DNA from: Deltaproteobacteria bacterium
GTDB lineage: Bacteria > UBA10199 > SPLOWO2-01-44-7
Assembly: GCA_016203765.1 (NCBI GenBank)
Contig: JACQMB010000145.1
Span: 72,964-136,963, forward strand
DNA length: 64,000 nucleotides
Direction of reading: 5' to 3'
Positions within the stretch are counted from its first letter, which is position 1. Each line of letters opens with the position of its first letter. The notes under the pieces are model-generated. The model had not been told where the DNA came from. It saw only the letters and a program-made list of their open reading frames with translations, and did no database searches. The position numbers were made by a program, and so were the translations under genes. Shown here one piece after another: positions 19,887 through 28,700 of this stretch.

Positions 19887-21350
19887 ATGGTCCAGAATCT
19901 ATTTTCCATCGGTATATTGGGGGGGCAGGCGGCGGCTGGTGTTGCGGGTGCGGCGGGTGCCGCGGAGGTCATCGATGCCGCGGCCCTGGACGTGACCGTT
20001 TTGACGGCGGCGGAGGCCGATGCCTTTGTGATGGGAAACAGCCCTTTCGTTCGGCTCGCCGGTTTGGTGAGGGGCGGGGCGGCTGTCTCTCCCCACGCTG
20101 GCTATCTGGCCATCTATCTGAGGGCGCCACAGCCTATCAAAGGTCAAATTTTGCGTGGGGAGGAAAAGGCGGTCTTGCTGAAAAAGGGAGAAATGGATCG
20201 TCATTTATCAAGACTCGGCCTTTGCGCCAGAGATTTGGCCCGGGTTTTTTCTTTTTCCGAGGCGGCTGTTTCCACGTGGCGTACCGGGCAGATTTCGTTG
20301 CCGGCCGGCGTCCTGCGTCTTATCAAAGAAGCGGAAAACAAAACAGAGGCTCTGGAAAACCTGAAGACATTTGTTGCCGGGGCAATGCGGGACTATGTGG
20401 AACGAACCCCCTATTGGGAACAGGTCTTTACCCTTCACCGGATTTTGGCTGAGAAAAAATTGTCTTTAATCTCTTTATTTGGAAGAAGTATCAGTAGGTG
20501 TAGTAGAAAATTAAGAGGTCAAAGAGACATTCAAGCCGTCATCGATATTGTCAAGCGGGATATTTCGCCGGTCGAAATGAAACGAAAAATCCTGGAGGCT
20601 TTAGGGATTAGACATTATAATAGAAGAGTCCATTTTTACCGGGAGGAGAGGGCCAATCGCGCGTTGAGGATGGCCCCGGCTAAATTCCAAACAACGCGGC
20701 GCGCCTTGGCCGGTTGGCTGGGGATCAGCCAAAATAGGTATGATACGCTTGCCATGGGCGAGAATCCCGTCTCCCCCAAACGCGCCGAACAAATTCGGAC
20801 CCTGGAGGAGTCGGCGACTTTAGTCGAATTAAGGGGACGGCTCGCCCTCCTTCCCCCCGTGCGGCCGCCGGCCTCCAATGGGGAGAGACGGTTGGGACCC
20901 GCCGAGGCGGAAGGAGAGCTTAAAACCTGCATGGCCCGCTATCGTCCCCTGGTCTTCCACATGGCCGGAAAAGGCCTGCGACGGTTCGGACTCAATTCAA
21001 GGGAAAACGTCGAGGAGACAGTCCAAGATGTTTTTATCGCTCTTCATACGACGTTGCGGAGGAGAGGAGCGAAGATTGAAATAACGAAGGGGTGGTTTTA
21101 CCGCGTCGTTCGCAACAAGGTCTTCGACAAGCTCATGGCGGTTCGGGGCATCAATAAGGATGATATTAATTTCTATTTTCGGATGCGGCGGTTCGCTTTG
21201 ATAACGGTGGAGGCCCTGATGGCCCGGGATCCGATGCTGACTCTTGAAGATGCCGAAGCCAACCTCCGGCGCTACCGGGCGATTCAGCTGCGGATGCACG
21301 GGGATGTTCCCATCGAGGATCTCCCCGAGGGCCTGCGGCGTAAAATTTAG
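19887..21350 (+). CDS. Putative transcriptional regulator (HTH domain plus sigma-70 region-2-like segment)
   Basis: HTH-like LSRLGLCARDLARVFSFSEAAVSTWRTGQ. A later block VQDVFIALHTTLRRRGAKIEITKGWFYRVVRNKVFD resembles ECF sigma region 2. The ORF-track N-terminus overlaps the opposite-strand gene, so the start was moved to MVQNLF. Confidence 0.4.
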   Translation: MVQNLFSIGILGGQAAAGVAGAAGAAEVIDAAALDVTVLTAAEADAFVMGNSPFVRLAGLVRGGAAVSPHAGYLAIYLRAPQPIKGQILRGEEKAVLLKKGEMDRHLSRLGLCARDLARVFSFSEAAVSTWRTGQISLPAGVLRLIKEAENKTEALENLKTFVAGAMRDYVERTPYWEQVFTLHRILAEKKLSLISLFGRSISRCSRKLRGQRDIQAVIDIVKRDISPVEMKRKILEALGIRHYNRRVHFYREERANRALRMAPAKFQTTRRALAGWLGISQNRYDTLAMGENPVSPKRAEQIRTLEESATLVELRGRLALLPPVRPPASNGERRLGPAEAEGELKTCMARYRPLVFHMAGKGLRRFGLNSRENVEETVQDVFIALHTTLRRRGAKIEITKGWFYRVVRNKVFDKLMAVRGINKDDINFYFRMRRFALITVEALMARDPMLTLEDAEANLRRYRAIQLRMHGDVPIEDLPEGLRRKI

Positions 21351-21406
21351 TTTTTCCAACCTGCGGTTGACTCTTAAAATCGCTCCGTGATAGGCTCCCG
21401 CCGGCT

Positions 21407-22381
21407 ATGCCCACAAACGGTTCCAACGGTCACCGCCCCTCTCCCCCCCGCTGGCGCGGGTTTGTCTATTATCTGCGCTGTAAGCTCCAGCACCGGCCCT
21501 ATCTGGTCAACGTCGAGTTTACCAAGCTGTGCAACGCCAAGTGTTTTTTCTGTCACTGCTGGCAGTTGGAATCGCCCGATGAATTGCAGGACTACGGGCC
21601 GGTGATTCAACGCTTTCGGCCCGTCCTCTGTTCCGTCTCCGGGGGCGAGCCGATGTTGCGCAAAAACTATCCCGACCTGTTGAAAAAAATGCGCCCCTGG
21701 TGTCATTACATGATGATTATCACGAACGGGGCGTTATTGAACGAAGACTCGGCCGAAAAACTGCGTTGGGCCGGCGTCGATCAGATCACCATCTCGCTCG
21801 ATTATTTGAGCAAAAAACACGACGAGGTTCGAAAAATCGACGGACTCTTTGAGCATATTTCAACCGTCGCGCCAAAACTCCGCTCCCAAGGCTACAAAAT
21901 TTGTTTCAACTCGATCATCATGGAATCGAACCTCGACGAGATTTTGCCTCTGGCCCGCAAGGCCCTGGGGTGGGACTGTTTTATTTCGTTCAGCTCCTTT
22001 TGCACGCTGAAGGCCAACGAGGAGAGCGAGTGGGTGCGTGAGGAACGGATGAAACAGTTGGCTGAAATCGTGGGCGAGTTAAAAGAAATGAAACGGGAAT
22101 ACCGCCACATCAAAAATTCGAACTATTATCTGGACCATATCGTTCCTTATTTCAAAGAGGGGGGGGTGGCCGACTGCAAGGCGGGACACAATTTCATCCA
22201 AATCACGCCGGACGGCTACGTCCAGCGCTGTTCCGAAATGCCCCGGATGGCCCACTACACAAAATACTGGCCGACCCAGGTCGGCGAAACCTTGTGCACC
22301 AAATGCTGGTACGGTTGCCGCGGCGAGACCGAATCAAACCTGATCGCCCCGGGCCGCCTTAAAGACCTCCTTCGAGCCTAA
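21407..22381 (+). CDS. Radical SAM enzyme with a Cys-rich C-terminal (SPASM/twitch-like) extension
   Basis: CNAKCFFC matches CxxxCxxC. The C-terminal cysteines are CKAGHN...CSEM...CTKCWYGC. Confidence 0.7.
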   Translation: MPTNGSNGHRPSPPRWRGFVYYLRCKLQHRPYLVNVEFTKLCNAKCFFCHCWQLESPDELQDYGPVIQRFRPVLCSVSGGEPMLRKNYPDLLKKMRPWCHYMMIITNGALLNEDSAEKLRWAGVDQITISLDYLSKKHDEVRKIDGLFEHISTVAPKLRSQGYKICFNSIIMESNLDEILPLARKALGWDCFISFSSFCTLKANEESEWVREERMKQLAEIVGELKEMKREYRHIKNSNYYLDHIVPYFKEGGVADCKAGHNFIQITPDGYVQRCSEMPRMAHYTKYWPTQVGETLCTKCWYGCRGETESNLIAPGRLKDLLRA

Positions 22382-22411
22382 TGTAGTTTGGGAACATCGA
22401 ACCCGCCACGT

Positions 22412-22432
22412 CGAAATAAGTATCGTGTCCCC
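22412..22432. repeat. REP-like half element (cgaaataagtatcgtgtcccc)
   Basis: Matches one arm of the hairpins at 32437, 33995 and 63373. Confidence 0.6.
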
Positions 22433-22442
22433 AAAAGATGCA

Positions 22443-23330
22443 TCATTTTCTAGCGGTTGTGCGGCGGAGATTTTCCAGGTGTTTGGTGAGCATCTTGGCC
22501 CTGTTGTTGTTGGAGGGATGGGAGGAGTAAATACTCGATTGAAAATTGATCACGCTTTTGATCCCTTTGTTCCCCGATTTTTTGGCCGCCCTGTCCCATA
22601 CTTGAATTGCCTTTTCCGGATTGTAGCCGGCTCCCATCATTGTAATCATCCCCTCCAAATCGGCGGCGGCCTCATTTTTTCTGGAGTAGGCGGGAAGATA
22701 AATCCCCGTGCTCGCATCAAAGACTGAATCAAAAATTTTGCCGACGTCAGTACCGATCGCTCCGGTCGCCACCGAACCGATGGCCCCAATCATGCGAAGG
22801 GTCTGTCTTTTTTTGTAGCCTTTATATCCGTGTCGCAGGGTCGCATGGGCAATTTCATGGCCCATCACCGCCGCGATTTCGTCGTTGCTCTTTGCGTCAA
22901 CCAACCCGTAATGGGGATCGAACAGCCCCTTGAAAAACATAATCCCGCCGCCGGGATAGCAAACGGCATTGACGACTGACGTATCGATATAATGCACTTC
23001 ATAAGGGATGTCGGGGATGAGAGATTTTTTCTTGAGCCGGTTCATAATCGTTATGAGGCGGCCAACCATCTGAGGGTCATTATCCACTTTGATCCCTTTT
23101 TGTTTCATGATGTCGATTTGGTTGTGGTAAATCTGTCTCCCCGTTTGCAAATCCCACTGAATCCCATCTTTGTTGGTTGTTGACCGGACGGTTTCGCTCT
23201 CTCCCTTGTTGGGTTGTTTGGCGATCGAATCCGATGGGGCAAAACTCAATGCCAATGGAATGAGCAAAAATGCTAACCCCAAGAGTTTGAGTGCCAGCCT
23301 TTTATGCTTTTTGGTAGTTGGTTTTGACAT
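22443..23330 (-). CDS. M48-family zinc metallopeptidase, secreted or lipoprotein
   Basis: HEIAHATLRH matches HExxH. Signal peptide MSKPTTKKHKRLALKLLGLAFLLIPLAL. AAGGAGG RBS 6 nt upstream of the ATG at 23330. Confidence 0.8.
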   Translation of the reverse strand: MSKPTTKKHKRLALKLLGLAFLLIPLALSFAPSDSIAKQPNKGESETVRSTTNKDGIQWDLQTGRQIYHNQIDIMKQKGIKVDNDPQMVGRLITIMNRLKKKSLIPDIPYEVHYIDTSVVNAVCYPGGGIMFFKGLFDPHYGLVDAKSNDEIAAVMGHEIAHATLRHGYKGYKKRQTLRMIGAIGSVATGAIGTDVGKIFDSVFDASTGIYLPAYSRKNEAAADLEGMITMMGAGYNPEKAIQVWDRAAKKSGNKGIKSVINFQSSIYSSHPSNNNRAKMLTKHLENLRRTTARK

Positions 23331-23340
23331 GACTTCCTCC

Positions 23341-23372
23341 TTAAACGGGTTTTTTACTATGAAACACCGGTT
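23341..23372 (-). promoter_or_regulatory. Conserved ~32-nt motif TTAAACGGGYTTTTTACTATGAMAYCCCGGTT upstream of the M48 peptidase gene
   Basis: A near-identical copy sits at 31530..31561 upstream of the alpha-2-macroglobulin gene. Confidence 0.4.
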
Positions 23373-23387
23373 TGTCAATCATTGTAG

Positions 23388-25711
23388 TTATTCCGCCGCT
23401 TCTACCTCGATTTTTGCCGCATCGGAGCGTCCGTGATCGTCGACGGCGCGCAGGATGAAATTGCCGGGGTGCATTTTCCAATAGAAGGGCTCCTGACCGG
23501 GTGAGGTTCCCAAATATCCTTCATTGATAAACCAATGAATTCCCCTGACATCCGCGTCGGCAACCGCCATCAAGGAAAGGGTGGTTTCTTTTTTGGAATC
23601 GAGCCGGAGTTGATAGACAAGGTTTTTCTTTGGTGAGGTGATTTTAGGCGGGAGTCCCCGGTCCGTTTGGACGTTCAGCGGGCAAACTTTTTGGTAGGGA
23701 GGGGGGATGCGCCTCGGGATGCCTGCGACTTGAAAGATCTTCAGCAGATCGGAGGGCCAGAATTCGTAGACTTCTTTTTGGGTCGCGGTAGTTGCTTGGC
23801 AGGCCCGCAGTCCCGTATCGGCATCGATTAGAATTTCCCGGTGAATCTCACAAACTTGAATGGGGGATTTGCCTGGAATGAAAAATGTGGGGAGGGTATG
23901 CGGACAAAAAGGGCCGGGAATCTGGCCCGAAACCGAACAGACATCGACTTTTTTAATATCGAGCCTGTCGGAAATGAAGGGCTCCGTTAATTTTTTTTCT
24001 TCTCCCTTGATCGCATCAATGATTTGAAACATCAGCGGTGCCGCCGCTTCTCTTCCGAGGAAAGCGGGATTGCTCTTGCCGTCAAAATTTCCCACCCAAA
24101 CCCCCAGGACATAGGGTCCGAAAATTCCAATCGACCAGGCATCCCGGAAGGCGTAAGAAGTGCCCGTCTTCCAGGCGACCGGTAGCGGATTGTTGGTCCA
24201 TTCGGGGCGAAAACCCTCCCCCGGCCTCGGATTTTTTTTGAGCATATCCAGGATAAGGAAGCCCGCCTCCCGACTGAGAAAACGACCCGTCGTTTTTCCC
24301 TCTTCTTCTTCTAATTTTCGCAAAGGCTGAAGATTCCCCTGATTGGGAAGCATGGCATAAAGCCCGACCAGCTCCTCCATAGTAACTTCAACGCCGCCTA
24401 GGACCAGGGCCAATCCGTAGAAATCCTCTTCGCGAAGCCCGGATATTCCGGTTTTCTTCAAAAAGTCATAAAGACCTGGTTGTGCGAGTTGATTGGCGAC
24501 ATAAATGGCCGGAAGATTGCGGCTGTTGATGAGGGCCTCCGTCGCCTTTACCGGCCCGGTAAATTTGCCGTCGAAATTTTCGGGACTGTAGTCGCCGAAA
24601 TGAATTGGGGAATCCTTCAACATCGTCATCGGATGGATCACCCCCTGATCGATCCCCAGTGCGTAAATAAAGGGTTTTAGAGCTGATCCAGGGGAGCGCT
24701 TGGCCTGTGTTCCGTTCACCTGTCCTTCTATAGCATCGTTGAAAAAATCGGCGGAACCGAGCATCGCCTTGACCGACATATCCCGGTGGTCAACCAAAAG
24801 GGAGGCGGCATTTTGAATGCCGAACGGTTTTTTCTTTTTGATATAGCGGACCGCCTGTCTCTCCAAAATTTTTTGCAATTTTAGGTCGAGTGTCGTAGTC
24901 AAAGTTCCTTCGTCAGGAAATTCCTTTAAGACGGCATCGACAAAGTGGGGGGCATGAAAGGGGAGGTTTTTTCTTTGCGAGATGGCAAAGGGAAGATCCA
25001 ATTGAGATTTTTTCCCGGCATCATCGGGATATTTTTGAATCCATTGGGCAAAAAGTTCGTTGCGCGCCTCCAAAAGCCTGTTGTTTTTGTCCACCTGGTT
25101 TCCCTTTGGAGACCTTCGCAGGGGGCTTTGCGGGATGACGGCCAGGGTCAAGGCCTCCGGCAAGGTCAGTTGATCCACGTTTTTATGAAAATAGATGAGA
25201 CTTGCCGCTTTCGCTCCTTCAATATTGCCCCCATAGGAAACCAGACTGAAATAGGCGGCTAGAATCTCTTCTTTGGAATAGTGTCGTTCCAATTGAATCG
25301 ACCTTAGAATCTGTTTAAGTTTCCCAAAAATAGTGTGAGTGGGGATATCAAAACGAAGCCTGGCCACCTGCATGGTAATGGTGGAGGCGCGCCGGTGCGC
25401 CGGCTCCGGGCGAGATACGTTTGCCATGCGGCACGGAACAGAGAAAACGGATTGAATCCCGGATGCCCGTAAAAATAGCGGTCCTCTTTTAGTAGGGTGG
25501 CCTCTTTCAAATAAGGAGAGATTTCGTTGAGAGAGGTTTGAAGACGAAATTTGTCATCCGTGGAGAGGGTCAGTCTTAATAATCGGTGATTTTGGTCGTA
25601 GATTGCTTTTGAAAAAGAGTAGGGTTTCAAAAGGTCGGGTCTGGGAACAGCAAAGAGAGCGGCGCCTCCAAGAGCAGCCAATAAAAGCAAGACAAAAAAT
25701 CTTTGTTTCAT
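23388..25711 (-). pseudogene. pbpC: Penicillin-binding protein 1C (transglycosylase-transpeptidase) disrupted by a +1 frameshift
   Basis: N-terminal piece 25304..25711 has a signal peptide and the GT51 motif KEDRYFYGHPGFNP...RAAWQTY. The rest (23388..25427) continues in another frame with ASTITMQVARL, SxxK (SPGSALKPF) and a PbpC C-terminal domain. Removing one base in the GGCGCGCC run near 25388..25395 restores ...RRTGASTITMQ. Confidence 0.7.
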
Positions 25712-28700
25712 TCTCTTTCGGTAACTACCATTTGACCGCCAAGTGTTCTCGCTTTGACACTGCGGTTATACATCGCCTCGCCGAAAGTGGGGGGCACTTG
25801 ATAGGTGCCTGCGTTGGTGGCGCGGACTCGGTAGACATATTCCTGGGTGGAACTGCCCACAAAACCGTAGAGAATCACTCGGTCTCCCCGGATCTCGACA
25901 TGTTCGGGGATCCAGCCGGTCTCCGAGTTGCGCGAGGCCTCGATGTCGACTTCAAAACCTCCCGGGAGCAAATCGACGATGGCGATATTCTGGCAACCGC
26001 TTTCTTGGATAGAGCGGAATTTAAGATGAACATCGACGTTGGCTCCGACTTCTGTCTTGTCGATTTCACTCCCCTCTTCATTGCGGTACTCCCGGTAGAC
26101 CTCTAGTTTGTCCTTGATCTGATTTTCAGGCAGGTTTCGGTCAAAACCGGCCTCGGTCATCTGGTAGAAAATGGATTGTTCAGCCTTTCCCTCAAAACGA
26201 ATTTTTTCAGCCTGCTCGGAAAAGGAAGCGGCGGGAAATGTTCCTTCCGGAAGCAAAAGGAGCTTGGATTGGCCGCCGGGCAGAATTTCGCTAACGGAGA
26301 CCTTGGCCAATTCGGCCTCCGGGACGGCATCCATATAGGCATCCAGCGCCATAATCGTGTAAGCGGAAGTGATCGTATTATAATGACCCTCCATAAGGGG
26401 TTGCAGTATTTGCATGATTTGGCCGCCGGTAAATCTTTTTAAATTTTCCGGAAAATGGCGGGCCACAATATAAAGATATTGGCTGTTATGATCGAAAGGC
26501 TCGCAGGAAGCGTGATGATCGGTTGTGCTGACGGCAGTGGCGGAAACTTTTGCGATGATGTCTTGAGCCTGGCTCTCTTTTTGCAAGAGTTGATAAGTCG
26601 CCGCGACGTAGAGACCGCTCAAATCTTTTTTCCAGGTTTTTGGATATTCCTTTTCCAGGGATTCGATTAAAACCGTTAACTCGTTTGTGGTGACAATCCC
26701 GTTACGGGTTAAGATATAAATGGCGTAGGCTTGATTTCTGGCTTTTGCAAGGGATGCCGGCACTTGATTCGACAGGTTTTTAAGAAACCCCAATCCTTTT
26801 TCCAGCAAACGGATCGGAACGGGGTAGCCCGATTCCTTGGCCTCGGTCAAAAAGTGGAGAGCATAGACACTTTGGAAATTGTCGACATGGGAATTGGCCG
26901 CCCAAAAGCCGAAGGCCCCCTCTTCATTTTGTCTTGCCTGCAAGATACGGATCGTCCGCCCCAAATTTGCTTCCGCCTTTTCGGGTTCAAAGCCGAAGTC
27001 GGGGCGATTGCGAAGCAACAGGGCCGGAACGGCTTGACTGACTATTTGCTCAGTACAACCGTAGGGAAATTCCTTTAGAAAATGGATCAATCCGTGCGCC
27101 AAACCTAAGGGGACCATTGAGGCGGATGCTTCCAGCTTTCGATGATGGGGATACATTTCTCGGGTGACGGGGACATCTTTTGTCCCTTTTTTAACAAATC
27201 CGGATGTCAGCGTTGTCACATAAGGCGTGGCCGGTCGGACGCTCAGATCGATTGTATATTGACTTTTTTTATTATCCAGCAACGCGGAGAAGGTAAAGCG
27301 GCCAGAGCCCAAAATGTCATTGGCCTTCACCTTAAAACGGGCTGTTTTCTCTTTCCCCTCCGGCACGTTGATTTTTTTGTTTGCCTCCTCCAAAATTTGG
27401 ACATGCTCGGAGGTTGCAAGGGCTAAGGTCACTAGGGCCGCCTCTCCTGAATTTTTAACATTATTCGTTACGGCAACACTGACCTCGAACGTATCACCAG
27501 GGGCCACGAAGGTCGGAACATTGGGGCTCATAATAAGATCGCCCCGGATAAAAGATTTTTTCTCGTCGACACCGATAGTCGAGGGGGAGACTGCAACGGC
27601 CATTACACGGAGGGTGCCGTTGAAGTGATCGGGAATATGGTAAACCAATTCCCTTTCTTTGCTGTCGAGATCAATAATCCCAGACCAAAAGATCGCCGGT
27701 TTCAATTTTTTTCTTTTAAAGGGATTCAGGTTAGCGCCCAAAGCCTCCGCTTCTCCGCCACCGGCTGCCGACAAGAATTGTTCCGAAACAAACTCCGGCA
27801 GGATAAGATCCAAAATCTGCGCGGTTGTCATCTCCAAGGCCCGCTTGCGAAAAAAGTGGTCGAGCGGCTTGGGGGTTTGATACTTGGCCACCTGCAATAT
27901 CCCTTCATCAACGGCAAAAATAATCGCCTTGGCGGGATGGGCCCCTTTATATTTAATGGGGAAGGGTTCTCCCGGCTTGGCCGTGTCGGGTGCGCTGATC
28001 TGAATCGGATGGATTCTCCTTGCCCGGCTGACCGTAAAAGGAGCCACCCCATAGCTCAAGGGACTCATGTAGATCTCTTTGGAATCGAGCGAGCGGACGA
28101 AGCTGACATTAATATAGGCATTTCCTTCCAGGTCGTTCGGCACGCGGATCGTTTGAACGGAGCCGGTGGTTTTGGTTTGAAACCATTTGAAGGCAAAAAC
28201 ACGGTCCCGCTCAATCGTTAGGAGTCCGCTGCCGGTATAGGGGGCCTTGATACTGACTTCTATCTCTTCTGCCGGATTAAAGTCGGTCTTGTTGAGTTTG
28301 ATGGTCAGTTCGGCATGTTTTTCCAGACTGCGGCCCAGATCAGCCTCGCCCACCACGCTAAACTCGATCCGGTTGAGTTCGGTATCGTTTTCATCACGAA
28401 CAATCAAGGCAAAATCGCCGGCATCTTTTGTGGGGAGTTCGTAGAGAAGACCATCCGCGGGAATGGCAAGCGGTTTTTTGGCTCGCCTCGTTTCTTTTCT
28501 GACCGATTCGTATTTGTAAACGCCGCTTTCCTGTTTGGTTAAGACCGAAACGTATTGAAGCTCCACGAAATCAAAAGTGAGTCCGGAGCTTGCGATTTTC
28601 GACAAGGCAGGATCGACGGCAACGAGATGCACGCTTCTTTCGCTCTCTTTGCGGATATAACGAAGATCCCCGTCCGGCTTGAAGCCGACCAGGAATTCCA

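Noticed and set aside
19829-20452. 207-aa Gly/Arg-rich plus-strand ORF and other overlapping frames at 19635-20450
   Set aside because: Alternative frames of the Ala/Gly-rich 5' part of the regulator gene. The first 250 nt of the 571-aa track ORF are antisense to the CDP-alcohol phosphatidyltransferase, so the start was moved to 19887.
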